Source of the DNA: Gnetum montanum
Taxonomy: Eukaryota > Plantae > Gnetophyta
Assembly: GCA_015680685.1 (NCBI GenBank)
Contig: MNCI01001480.1
Location: forward strand, 287,253-351,252
DNA: 64,000 nucleotides
Direction of reading: 5' to 3'
Both the position numbers and the translations under genes were made by a program. Under the pieces are notes generated by a model. The model was not told the DNA's origin. It made no database searches and saw nothing but the letters and a program-made list of their open reading frames with translations. Each line of letters starts with the position of its first letter. Position 1 is the stretch's first letter. This document shows positions 51,092 through 64,000 of the stretch, piece by piece.

Positions 51092-51506
51092 CAAAGATAT
51101 ACAAAAAAACACAACACTTTGTCAAACCTTTTATAATAACAAAGTAAACACAGTGACTCTTTACTTGTAGCCTCTCCTCTTTATGTATCATTGTTTGTCA
51201 CCAGTTTATATTATACCATGTACACTATATGTCACGGTAATGCTTTTTATTTGAATGCAGTGGGGCACATACTATAATTTCATGTGCCTATGCAATAAAA
51301 AGTTCAAAAGATCAGTAAAGAATCTAAAAGAAACATATCCTTAGTATGCTTTACCTCAAGATATACAAAAGATCATAATATTTTGTTAGAACTTTTACAA
51401 TAACAAAGTGAACATAGTGATTCTTTATTTGTAGCTTCTCGACTTTATGTATCATGGTTTGTCTGTAGTTTTTGTTGTATCATGTTTACTATATGTCATC
51501 TTAATG
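51092..51506 (+). repeat. ~150-bp imperfect direct repeat (51092-51243 and 51357-51506)
   Basis: CAA(A)GATATACAAAA...ATAACAAAGT.AACA.AGTGA.TCTTTA.TTGTAGC...CTTTATGTATCAT...ACTATATGTCA is present twice. Confidence 0.85.
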
Positions 51507-51815
51507 ATGTAGAAAGAAATGATGGTTCTTGTAACTTAGATGGAGAAGAAGGAAGTGATGGTGGAGAAAAAACATAAGGTAATATAGGATGATAATCAAT
51601 GGGAGAAGATGACATAGGTAAAGGTAATTAGTTCCTTAAAGAAGATGGAGGATAATTGAATGGGGGGTTTGAGCACGTAGAAGCTTCATTGTAATGAAGT
51701 GTCATGTTAATGACAAATAGAGTTCTATATACATTGTGGGATGTATAAGTGTTAGAATTACTTCAAGGGAGATTAATAACAAAGGGAATTTTGGGTTTTG
51801 GTCAATTTAAATGAG

Positions 51816-52706
51816 TGATGAAGCATCAAGTCGATTGCATCGACTGGGCCACATCAACGAAGCTCCATCAATGCAGCCACGTCAATGTGACCTCGTCGAT
51901 GCATCTTTCCATGTTTTGATGTGGCCTCATCAATGCAAGGTTCATTCTCCACTATAAATATGCATGAACTCGTCACATTTAGGGATCTTTTTGGTAGTTG
52001 TAGCGAAGCTCTTGCCATTTGTTTCCATAGGAGTTAGACTATTTTCTCAAGTGCATGCCCGCAGTGTGATGCTTGTAATTGTACGACTCCTTTATTCAAG
52101 TGTGATGTACTTGGACATGCACATGACCAGAAATAAAGATCAAGATTACTTCATCATTATAGCATTCACTTTAATTATTTAATTGTTATTGTTATTTATT
52201 GCTTTTATAGTTAATATCTTTTTACCCTAAACTCCTTAAACATGGAATGAGTACGACTTAATCACAAGCATTTAACTGTGACTACTTGGTAACCCAGTAG
52301 CGTACCTAGGATCTGTGCTTGGTAATCCCAGTAGTAGTTGTGCACAAGGTCCAATATGTGTATAGATGATTAAGGAACGGATGCTCATCTCACTTAGGCT
52401 AGTTTAGACTCTCTCCTCCCATGTCCTATTAGCTTAGCTCTCTCCCCCTTTTCCTCCTAGCTTAATTAAAGTGATTTTCCATTGCCTTTAGGAGTAGCAC
52501 TAGGTTAGAAACCACATCATACACCTCACTTTGGGCTAAACCATACGTGAAAAAGCATATACTAGTCTAGGTGGGAAGATAGTAGACTGCAATCAATGAG
52601 TAACTATCTAGATACCACAACTAGCCCATCTATGGAGTTTGACCGGATCATGCATGAAACACTCGTATTCGTATGGTTGAGTGTAGGGGTACCTCGTTGC
52701 TCATCA
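51816..52706 (+). repeat. Element D 5' LTR
   Basis: TGATGAAG...GCTCATCA. Matches 57016-57905. Confidence 0.93.
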
Positions 52707-52843
52707 TTGGCACCGTTTTCAGGGATGGTGTTAGTTATTTAGATTAGTTATATCATACAAGATCACTGTAACAAGTATTAACAATATATCCTTTAGAAAA
52801 GAAGTTAAATTAAATTCAATTAAGTCACACACCACTCACAACA

Positions 52844-54910
52844 ATGTCTCTCTCACAAGACTCTGACAATGCAACAATGAGTAAGGTAATTCATTGGAGA
52901 ACCAACGAATTATATAATGATGAAGATGAAGTTTGGAGTACCCAATCTAATGTAGCGATCTCCTATAAGCATAAACGCAAACAACATCATCCCAGCTCAC
53001 AATAGCATAACATACCTAGTCACGATGAACCCCTACTAGCCACTACAAGCCTAACAGAAATACAAGAGGCTATTCTAATATCCTGTAGGCATCGTAAGGA
53101 AAGCCATCTACCTAGGTTTGATTAAAACAACTTTTTCAAATTTTTAGGAGGCTATGATTTACTTCTGCAACAACATTTACAAGCCTTCTACAATGCCTAT
53201 GCATGGAACAACATTGATAATGGATGGAAAAAACTTAAGCTCTTTCCTCTGACACTTGTTGGCCAAGAAAACGTATGGTATAGATCATTAAAACCAAAAT
53301 CAATTCGACATTGGCCGACAATGCTAGAACTATTTCATGAAAGATATCAGACCTATACGAGAGTGTAAGCCTTGAGGAGACAAATCCAAGAGTGGAAACA
53401 AATGCAACATGAACCCTTGGACATGGCCTTAGAAAGATATTATGCATTGTTAAATAACTACCTAAGCCATGGGTTCTCCGAGGAAAGGCTAATGTACCAT
53501 ATCATAGATGGACTTCGTAATGAAACAAGGGAGATCCTAGGGATATACACCTGAGGTCAACTATATGAGCTACAAACCCATAAACTCCAAGAGCTTATTA
53601 AGTGGGTAGAAAAAGAAGAAGGAGAAATGACTAAATGGGAGAATGTTGAAAATGCTCAATGAGACCAAAATCTCAAATTAGCAAAGGTCCATAACCATAA
53701 AGAGGAGAAATTAGCTTACCTTGAGGAAGTGCAACCGTTTCTACCTTTGCTAATGCAATAATCACTAGATGAAATCGAGGCAAAGATTAATAAGATGACA
53801 GAGTGGGTGCATAGAAAATATGGAGAATATGCTAACAATAGTAGAGATACAACTATGCCAAATCAAGAAACAAGATAGGACACCATGCAACAATCAGAGT
53901 AAAGGGTTTAGGGTTTAATAAAAATAAGAACTCAACTGCCAACTTCACATATCAATGCAACATCTATCTGTACGATCACCTCAAAGGCCAATGCCCAATT
54001 TTGTCACATTTACATGAGCATTTGGGAGGAATGTTACATCCCTATTTCATACAGAACTATGGGGTTCAACCACAATGGCAAAAGCCCCAGTTGTGGGGGA
54101 GGCCATCACCAACCCGACCATATCCTTTGTTTGTCCCAACGCCAAATGCTTACTATGTTCAACACATTGTTTCTCCAACTGAATCATCATCCTCTACTTC
54201 ACCACATTGTTATCATTCTCTTGAGTACTATCAACTCATGCCCTCTCTGCCAAGGTCACCACCTCATGTACCTTACACTTCTCTTCACCCTCAACATTCT
54301 CATCATTCACCTCCTTCTACATCGCCACCAGTTGTGCTAGAAGGTTTTGCACCACAACATCAACCCATGAACGTTACTTGTGCTGCTACTGTCAACAGCA
54401 ATGGGAACCCTCCACAATTTCAAAAGCATCCTTTCTTTTGGTAGGACCATAGAAAGAGACATCACAATTCCGAAACCACTGCATCCTCCAACTCAATGCA
54501 AGTCCAACGCTGTGATGCATTTGCCTCCTCAAACTCAACACCTCCTGTTACTCTATCTAGGCCACCAATCAACACTCCAACAAGCATGCAACCTAATGAA
54601 TATAGCCACATGGGGAGACATATCTATCCTTGAATACCATCTTATGGTCATGGGTGCCATAGTGGGTCAACTCCTTATCAATTAACCACATCTTATAATT
54701 TTCCCCACTATGCCAACTTTAATCAAGTGTGTGAACCCAAGTTGGGTACATTCTAGCCACCACATCAAAAGACACCCCTTGGTCTGGATATGATCATACT
54801 CTAGTATTTCTTACATGCATGGATCCACATTTTCTATTTATTAATTCTAACCATGCTCAAAAGTTTAGTTATGGGGGATATCCTCCATTCTAACAAGCAG
54901 AATTAGCAAA
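52844..54910 (+). pseudogene. Element D gag, degenerate
   Basis: QQHLQAFYNA, KLKLFPLTL and RLMYHIIDGLRNETREILG are homologous to the A/B/C gag. A Pro-rich tail follows, with no protease motif. Confidence 0.82.
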
Positions 54911-56399
54911 TGATTTTCATTTTCTTTGATTTTACAAATTTTTTGTTTTCCAATTTTTTCATTTCCAATTTATTATTTTATTTTTTTGAGGGTAATCTCA
55001 TTAGTAAATAAAATACTCATGTGACTTATTGGTTGAGGTGTTGTTCTATGCTATCAAGTCTTAGGTAAATAATGACTTGGACAGCAAGCCCATCACATCC
55101 ACCCATCCATTCTATTAATAAGAGGTTCTACTCTGGGAATAGTGATATTCTTGACATCATTAAAACTTAAGGTAATTTTATGCTCATTACACCCAGAGCA
55201 AAGAAGGATGGACTAAGTAAGAATGGCCAAGGTGTGACATCAAGGGTACTTGTGCATTCTCTTTGGTGATATCTATAGGAGTTATCATGTAACTTGGTTG
55301 TACTAAGATCCTTGTAGATCTAACAAAAAATGGGAGTAAGAGTATTAAAGGCACCCAATAAAGAACTCAACGCTATTCTAGGGGGTCCCACTGGAAAGAC
55401 ATGTACCCATGCTTGAAGGTAGGCAACTTCTTTGGCTTAAGCATTCAAAAAAAAAAACATGTGTCATAGAACAAATTCTAAATCACTCCTCCCTTGGACA
55501 AAATGCCAAGTGATCATATCCCTTGTTGTCATGGTGCTCTTATGGTTGTCCATCATTGGATGAAATAATGCAATGTCACTGATTAGAGGAATGAACTTGG
55601 TCTTGATTTTGGAGTGACAGGTTAATGACACATTAATCATGCCTTACACTGAGGATTCATTGTGCCCTAGGCTAGTTACCTCATGTCTCAATCTCTACAA
55701 TCCCCTCTATAATTCACCTCACCTCATTGTTCCTATAATGGTGACTTGTGTCTTGTGTAGCATTGAATTCATACCTCATCACAATGGTACCTACATGTGT
55801 GTGTTTTTTGGAACTGGTGTGGATTACATTTAACCCTTCTAGTGCCTACAGACATTTTAAGGTGTGGTTATGTAAGGGCATTATAGGTTGGAACCTGCTT
55901 TGGGGAAGACCCACTTGCATGACTTTTGTATTTTGCACTCTTTGCACATCACCACATCATCTTACATTCTCCAAGTATTGTATTACTCCAATTATCTTTC
56001 CCTTTATCATCATTTTAAATTCCAACATTCCTATGCACCATAACCTGAAGTGTTTCTCTTAGTCGTGGGGGAAGGGTATGTGTCAAGTTGCATGCAGTAG
56101 TTTTTTTGAAATTTGTCATTGCCAGAAGGATATTATCAAGGGCAAGTGACCTCAAAACTACTAAAAACATTGCCAAATTAATTTTATCCCTTCACCCAAA
56201 CCATGAAAATTATTCTTTGGAGTCACCTAATCAAATTGGGCCCAATATCAAAACCTTTAGGGGAATTTTCATGAAAATTTCTAATCCTAAATCACACTAA
56301 GAAAAGAATTCAACATTTATTAAAGGTAATGATTAAGATATAAAATAATTAAACTTCTTTCAATAACCTTACTAACAATTGATCTTTGTGTGATTATAG

Positions 56400-56840
56400 A
56401 TGGCCCCTAAAAGAGGACAATAAGGAGGACCTTCTCAAGGTGCAACTAAAAGCCCAAGGGGAGGCAAAGGCCAAGGACCTCATGTAGAACATGCAAATTA
56501 GGAGGAAAAATTATTTAGCATCCATCAGGAACCTCCTATCACTATACAATCTGGCTAAGCAAAAGGTGGAGAGGTTAAGGCTGAGGCTATGAAAAGGAAT
56601 GATGACTATCTGTGGCATGGCATGTCAAGGCCAATCAAGTATTCCCATAGCTGCCGTGCCCATGGGAAATGATGACTCTATCAAACATTAGAACATTAGC
56701 ATGGATGCTTCATAATCCTTGGATAGAAGAGGAGAAATGTTAGGTGCTTCTTCAATGATATCAATCTCAAAATCCTGGAGTGCAGGACAAAGGGAAGCAA
56801 CCCATGGAGGAGCCACCACCACCTGGAACCACATGAGTTC
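56400..56840 (+). pseudogene. Element D truncated extra ORF
   Basis: ATAG|ATGGCCCCTAAAAGAGGA (MAPKRG...) matches the start of the extra ORF in A and B. Confidence 0.55.
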
Positions 56841-57015
56841 CAACACAATTTTGTAATTTTGTGTCTGTGTTCCAATTTTTTTTTTTTAATTCCACACTGC
56901 GGCATGAGTAAATTTCTAGTAGTCAATAATCCCATACCTATCCAATGTGTAATTAATTGAACTTGTTCCTCTTCTTCTATACTCAAGAACGAGTTTTCCC
57001 TTAGTTGTGGGGGTA

Positions 57016-57905
57016 TGATGAAGCATCAAATCGACTACATCGACTGGGCCACGTCGACGAAGCTCCATCAAGGTGGTAGCATCAATGTGACCCTGTCGAT
57101 GCATCTTTCCATGAGTTGACATGGCCTCATCAACACAGGGTTCATTCTCCACTATAAATATGCATGCACCCACCACATTTAGGCATCTTTTTGGTAGTTG
57201 TAGAGAAGCTCTTGCCATTTTTTCCATAGGAGTTAGACTATTTTCCCATGTGCATGCCCATAGTGTGATGCTTGTAATTGTATGACACCTTTATTCAAGT
57301 GTGATGTACTTGGACACACACATGATCGAAAATATCGAGATTACTTCATCATTGCAGCATTCACTTAGTTTAATTATTTAATTTTTATTTTTATTTATTT
57401 CTTTCATTGTTAATATCTCTTCACCCTAAAGTCCTTAAACATGTAATGAGTATGACTTAATCACAAGCATTTAAGTGTGACTACTTGGTAACCCAGTAGT
57501 GTACCTAGGATCTGTGCTTGGTAATCCTAGTAGTAGTCATGCACGAGGTCCAAGATGTGTATGGATGATTAAGGAATGGATCCTCATCACACTTAGGCTA
57601 GTTTATACTCTCTCCTCCCATGTCCTATTAGCTTAGCTCTCTCTCCCTTTTCCTCCTAGCTTAATTAAAGTGATTTTCCATTGCCTCTAAGAGTAGCACT
57701 AGGTTAGAAACCATATCATACACCTCACTCTAGGATAAACCATACATGACAAAGCATATACTAGTCCAAGTGGGAAGACAACGAACTGCGATCAATGAGT
57801 AACTATTTAGATACCACAACTAGCCCGTTTGCAGAGTTTGACCAAATCGTGCGTGAAACGCTCATATTCGTATGGTTGAGTGCAGGGGTACCTTACTGCT
57901 CATCA
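57016..57905 (+). repeat. Element D 3' LTR
   Basis: TGATGAAG...GCTCATCA followed by TSD ATGAG. Confidence 0.93.
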
Positions 57906-57910
57906 ATGAG

Positions 57911-60900
57911 TAAACATGAAAGAATCATGTTGGAATGGATTCATTTGGATGACAAATGAGGTCTTAGAATTATTACTTATGAACTCCAAGTGAAAAGTAG
58001 AGATCCTTCTTGAATGAATATTCAAAGAATCTTGAAAGATATACATATCTTAGTTGCTAGGTTGCATCAACATATTAAAAAATATTTTTTCTTTCCCCAC
58101 TAGCCCCTAGACATCATCTTTGAGGACATTGAAATTATCGATATTATTCCATGTAGCCTTACAATGATAACAAAATTTGTTAGAATTATACCACTTTGAT
58201 ATAGGTGGATCTCCTTCCACTCATTGGAAAAGATTAGTGATCAATGTTTGAAATCTCTTCAATTATGTCCTGGTCTATTCAAATACTTATTTTGGTATGA
58301 TGTACCCATCCTTTAGTAGATTGTTATACAACTATATGTAAGTCATCAAAAACTTATGATATTCTAACATGTTCTTAGGTGATTTTCTTTGTTGGTGTTC
58401 ATTTGATGAGTTTTTTCTAATGTCATTATTTTTTGAATTTTTACTATTATTCCTCCATTATTTTATGATGAAAGTAATGAAGTTTATTGAAGCCATCATT
58501 TTTCTTACATTATGAGAGCCTTTCTTCTTATTAGCATCATTTCTAGCCTTGTTGTAAAAGTTTATCCATTTAGGATCATTACATTGAATAGTCACCTCCT
58601 CGATGTGTTTAGTAGAAGTAATGATATTATGGAGGTTAAGTGGACTAGGGTAGACTACCTTACTCTTGATCTAGTTGTTGATAGCTTCCTTAAAACTATT
58701 TAATAGTTGCTTATTAGATAATGGATGAGTAAGTTGCATTGTTGCTAAATTCATTCGATGATGAACTTAGAGATAAATTTAGTAGAAGCCTATTTAATGG
58801 TTAAGAGTTTTTTTAGTGTATCATATTTGTTGATATTATATTTAAATCTCTTCACAAAGGTTTTAAAGAGTTATCACAAGGAGGTGATGAACCCATGAAG
58901 AAGGATTTGGTATCATTCAAATGCCTTACCTATTAGTGAGTTTGATAAGTTCATTATGGTATGAAGATAATTTCCCAAAAGCATTTACTCATTGCAAAAG
59001 ATGATAACATGATTAGTAGGATTAGGTTTCCCATAGTATTTAGTAAAATTTATTTGGTAATAAAACCCCTTTGGAATTTAAGCAGGTTGGATTAATGGAC
59101 TAAGAGGGTTAATAATGAGATGATGATAGAAATCGTAGGACTTTTCCCATGTAGTATTATGGATTTATGACTTTGATGCTCATCAACTTGTAGCCTTGAT
59201 AATAGGTCTTGTAGCAAAAACATGAGATTATAAGGCATACTAGGAATGGTTGGCATAACAACATTAACTAAAATGAGGTTATTAATGAGTAACATTAGTT
59301 GTAGATGGAAAATTGTGGAGATGGAAATAGCTTGTGAAATATTATACTATGACAAATATTGAGAAGGCAAGATGAAAGATTGTGAAAACTATTGTCATTA
59401 AATTGATGGTGTAAGAGATAACTATTGAAAAATATTCAACAAGGGATTAGGATTTTGAACCTACATGTGTGATGTTGGATTAATAGTTATGATGCTTCGG
59501 AATAGTCTATAACTTGGTGAAAAAGTAATAGTAAAAGGATCAATAGCAACTAGATTAGTTGAAGAAGTAGTTACAAGGAAAATTATTTGAAAAATATGTA
59601 TGTTCATTGGATTGACTAAGTTGATAAGGTTAACATGTTGAAGGACTAGGCTTTGGGACTATGTAGTGTATTGATGAAGCAATTTAATGGATATTAGGAT
59701 ATGAGGATTCTCATAATCATCATCATGAATGTTGATGCCACCACCATCTTCACTTTGTTGGTACTAGAATTGATAAATTTAGTTAAAGTTGATGTTTGGA
59801 TGATGCATTGGGTAGTCTAACATATTATATCTTTGTTAGATTTTGATGCTAGTGAGAACTTGAATGTCATTCTTGAAGGTAAGATACTCTACTACTATTG
59901 TACTCTCAAACTAATCCAACTCAACAAGATGGTTTGGATTGGGACATAAAGGTTTCAAATCACTAATGTTTCATAAGGATCTCAGTTTTAGATAATGTGA
60001 CATTCAACTTCCATTTGATGCATGTGATTTTGTAATTATGTTTGGACATGGGTGTTGTGAGTACTTGGACATTCCTCATATCCATTAGTCTATGAACTTA
60101 GGATCTTTGATATGAATTAGATCCTTGGCTAGACATGGGATCAAAGAGTATCTTCTACATAAAATTGGAAATAAGGATAAAGTTTTAAATGGAAAAAGAA
60201 TATAACATATAAAACCTAAGTAAAAGAATTAAAAATATGCAAAAATAAAAATTCTAGAAAGGATCTTGGGCTTTTCAATTTTTTTTTATGATATTAGAAA
60301 ACATAATAGTCCTTCCTATAGCACCAAAAATGTTCCTATAAAAATGTTATTTCACAAATCTGCAAAGATACCTTCATGAACCATACTTTTAAGTGTATGA
60401 TCTATGGGCATAAATGATCTTCAGAATTATATAATCCTCTATAAATTGATGATAATGAAAACAAAGGAGCACAAACCTCTAATCAAATATGGACTTATCT
60501 TATCAAAACATATTAGAATCAATAACAATATAGATAAATAATTATAAACTTAGTGATGAATTTGGTGTAATGCAAGTGATGTATGATACACATATCAAAA
60601 ATATAAATGTACTTAGAATGAGTAAGAAACAAAAAATAAATAAGAGATAAGAGATTGATATGTGAGAAATGGTTTTTCTTTTCCTTCGTAATAAATGAAA
60701 TTCTTTATTAAGAAAATTTATAGATAATATTTACCTTCTATATCTTAACTTAGAGTTCATTTTTAGCAAATTAAAGTGTATGCTAGGTTTAATTAATATT
60801 GATGTTGCAAGAAGGTGATACAGTGATGTTGACACTATGTTAGCATTACTTACATCTATCAAAGTTAATGTCCTACACTTTAAATTGTGAATTTGAAACT

Positions 60901-61678
60901 TTAGGGTCACTATCAATGTCCAAACTAATGTTAATGAATCCTAGGGATTACACAAAGTTGAAAAACACTATTTAGAATCAAGTTTTTATATTATGATATC
61001 TAGGTGATACTAGCATTTGATGTTGATGCTACATGAGCACCATAAGATGAAAAGATGCTACTCTATATCTTTTGGGATCCTGAGAATTAAAAACATTGAT
61101 GTCCATCATCTTAAGAATGCTATAGATTGTTCATGGAAGGTTTGATAGAAGAAAATTGGAGCTTGAAAAATAAATTTTAGGTATTGAAAATGCAAGTGAT
61201 GCTAATGTTTTATTAGCATCACCCAATGTCAAATGGATGGAACTTATTATTTTGGACCTTCACATGATATTAAAACTAATAGTTGTAATCTCAAAGTAAT
61301 GTGGACTAGCCATAAAAGGGATGGTGAGACATCAAAAATGGTTTGGAGGTGAGGTTAATGGTAAGGAAAGGTAGATGATATTGGAAAAGTAATGGAAATG
61401 CTACATTAGCATCACCTCACATTACCTAGTAAAGATACCCCATTTTAATCTTTCAAAATTTTTCAAAAGTACTTATATTAATGTCTATCCTTTGGGGTAT
61501 GATCAAGGTTAATTACTAAGAGCATTTATAAGCTTGAATTACTACTAGTAATGACATGTTAAGGGAAAATTTATGGTCTAAGTGAATGTGACAATGTTGA
61601 AGTCACACTTGTCCTAGTTGCTAAGGTACCAAAAAAGTGGATAAAACAATTGGGATATCCCATAATCTTTATCAAACA
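57911..61678 (-). mobile_element. Element E: Tat/Ogre-like Ty3/gypsy relic (5' LTR ~60331-61678, PBS 60310-60326, gag), interrupted by D
   Basis: Reverse strand reads IPKGF...FTKYYGKPNPTNHV...SLIGKAFE (gag, ~58900-59080). LTR termini TGTT...AACA are followed by TTTT-TGGTGCTATAGGAAGGA. Probably continues at ~51510-51815. Confidence 0.6.
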
Positions 61679-61679
61679 T

Positions 61680-64000
61680 AGTTAAGGATGTTAGTCCAAA
61701 GCATTTTCCACCACTTTTTCTTTTCTTGGCTCATAGTAAAATTGAATGTCAAATTCTTTTAACAAACTCAACCATCAAGCTTGCTTTGCTTCAAATTTAA
61801 CTTAGATTGAATGAAAAGGCAGATCATAATAGTATTGTCTATTTTGACTACCATAGGATCACCCTAGAAAGAGTATTACCATGTGCAAAGAAAATGCAAA
61901 ATTACAAATGTCTTCTTTTCATGAACTGACCATACGGTTCTATTAGGTTTATCATATTTGAATCAAATGCAATTGGATGATTCTCTTATAAAAGGACTCC
62001 TTTAATTATCTCATTTGAAGTGTCTATGTGAACTTTGAATTTCTTTGAAAAGTTTAGAAGGGCCAACATAGGTTGATGTGTAAGGAATACCTTGATCTAA
62101 TCAAAAGTTTCTTAGCACTCATTACTCCATATCCAAGGGATATCTTTATTTTGTAAATTGGTCAAGGCTTCCATTACATTAGATAACCCATGTACATAAT
62201 TCCTATAAGAACTAGCCAAGCCTAGAAATTAATGTAAGTTGTACATGTATTTTGGAATAGGCCATGTGGCAATGGGAACCATCTTCTTTGAATCTAGTTT
62301 CACCTTATCTTCACCAATGATGTGGCCTAAGAATTTCATCTTTAGCTTCTCAAATTCACACTTATCCTACTTGACATACTACTTGTGCTGTTGAAATTTG
62401 GGGAGCACCAAGTCCAAGTGCTAATGATGTTCTTCCATAAAATGAGAATATAGAAGAATGTTATTAAAATATACCATCATGAACTTGCCAAGGTATAGGT
62501 AGAATACCTCAATGTGCAAAATATGGTACAAGTATTACACAACTTAAAAGACATGATTGTGTCATAACAAGTAATATAAGGTATCTTCTCTTCATCGCAT
62601 TTTGCAATCCACACTTAATAGTAACCTTGACAAAGGTTAACTTGAGAGAAAACTTGAGTGCCCACTAGCTAGTTGAATAGGTTTGAAACTAAAGATACTA
62701 GATATATATTCTTAATGATGTACTTATTGAAGAGTTTAAAATTATGACATAGTCTTAATGTGACATCATATGTTTTAGCAAATACTAGGGCTTTATATGA
62801 AGATTTGGAGAGTAAATGTTATCCTTTATAACAAAACTCATTAATTTCTTTTTTTAACTCTTTGAATTCAAGGAAACTCATTCAATAATATCATTTCCTA
62901 TGAGGGGTAATTTTTTGTAATAATTTAATTTTATGATTCACCATTCATCTTTTGATAAACTCACCCAGTAACTTCATTGGCATAAAATCCTTATCTCTTA
63001 GCATTCTCTCTATTTTCTTGTTCACTAGACTGGAACCATTCTCTTCCATCTCTTTCAATATTGCTAAAAATATTTGTTGGATTGAATTCTGAGTAACCTT
63101 CTTCATCACCATTTAAGAGAAAATTGACTTCTTGAAGAAATCTTGTCTAAGGATGACTTGGAACGATTCAATGTTCAAAAATGAAAAATCTAGCTACCCA
63201 TTCCACTAGTCCATATTTACCTCCACATCTTTTATCATGCATACATTTGATCTTGTAAAAACTTAGCTAACTTACAAGATGCCAAGGTAGGTTTGAATTA
63301 AAAATTGAGGGTGCAAGTAATTTTTGGTAAAGAAAGTAATGATTGGCACTTATGTAAACCAAGGCATGTACTATCTTTAATGAAAACTACATTGGAACCA
63401 TTTGTACCAAACATATAAGTTCGTTTCTTACTTTGACTACTTTCTTTGAACATTCTATTGAATCACCATTAAAATTTGAGAAATCTACTTCATCATGTTA
63501 AGGATCTGAATTTTCTACTTTATTCATCTCGATTACCTATAGTTAAGCATGTGGTTAGTACTCAAGAGCATTTAATCTTTGGTTATCATTTGGACCCCTT
63601 CCATAACTAGTCACCAGTTAGGATTATGAGGTTAATATTAAGTAGTAGATAAAGCATGTTAAACTAGGTATCTTGGACGATAATGCATGATCCCTAAAAG
63701 TGTGGACACTTCTCCCTAAACTTGTTAAGAACTTTAAGAGTCCAACGCTTTCCATTATACTAGTAAGAAGCTTGAAAACTCATGGTGAAAATATGATATG
63801 AACCTTGAAAGCCACCATTAAAGTTTATTTCTCTAGACCCACCAGATCCACCACAAAGCTTTTTGCCATTTTAGGATGTATTTGCATCAATATTTTCTTA
63901 GTCTTGGGGATTATAGTTAACCACCAAGTTGGTAGCCAACTTAAGTGCCTCCTTTTATATGGTGTTCTTATAGCTTTTGATCTCTTTTTGGGCCCAAGGT
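61680..64000 (-). mobile_element. Element F: Galadriel-like chromovirus gag-PR-RT-RNase H relic (runs off the window)
   Basis: Reverse-strand RT (FSQVNLCQGYY, MSFKLCN, FLGHII, FLGLASSYR). RNase H QPMLALLNFSKKFKVHIDTS...HPIAF...VVKIDN. Confidence 0.72.

Larger units (their letters stand above)
51816..57905 (+). mobile_element. Element D: non-autonomous Athila-like LTR element (gag + truncated extra ORF; no PR/pol)
   Basis: Perfect TSD ATGAG. LTRs 51816-52706 and 57016-57905, PBS TGGCACCGTTTTCAGGGA (52708-52725), PPT AGTTGTGGGGGTA. Confidence 0.93.

Noticed and set aside
54001-54444. Pro/His-rich ORF as an extensin-like host gene
   Set aside because: It lies inside D at the position of the Pro-rich gag tail seen in A, B and C.

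Overview
This is AT-rich plant nuclear DNA from a large, heavily methylated genome. A gymnosperm-type genome is plausible but cannot be shown from the window alone. The first 4 kb holds the 3' part of an apparently intact non-RD LRR receptor kinase (LRR-XII, EFR/FLS2/Xa21-type; exons 3-1122 and 1213-1691). About 2 kb downstream on the same strand is a small secreted SGP-motif (PIP/CLE-like) peptide precursor ORF (3641/3679-3924). Most of the rest is nested Ty3/gypsy retrotransposons. Four are Athila-like copies with a tRNA-Asp PBS and TGATG...CATCA LTRs. Element A (minus, 3945-30110) carries element B (plus, 16801-30067) inside its 5' LTR. Elements C (31283-38038, TSD ATACT) and D (51816-57905, TSD ATGAG) are younger and lack pol. 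Older relics are Tat-like (E), Galadriel-like (F) and CRM-like (G). Between 39 and 45 kb lie an SKU5-similar multicopper oxidase pseudogene, an LSM3 exon fragment and a probable decayed hAT transposase. There is one assembly gap (31739-32400). Two observations stand out. First, a receptor kinase sits next to a peptide-ligand-like gene. Second, the Athila-like family contains a gene within the element: an internal copy of the LTR palindromic motif array, a TATA box and a 5'UTR intron ahead of a ~930-codon extra ORF. The branch-point/acceptor/ATG junction of that ORF is kept even in the non-autonomous copies. All identities and family assignments were made by eye; no searches were run.
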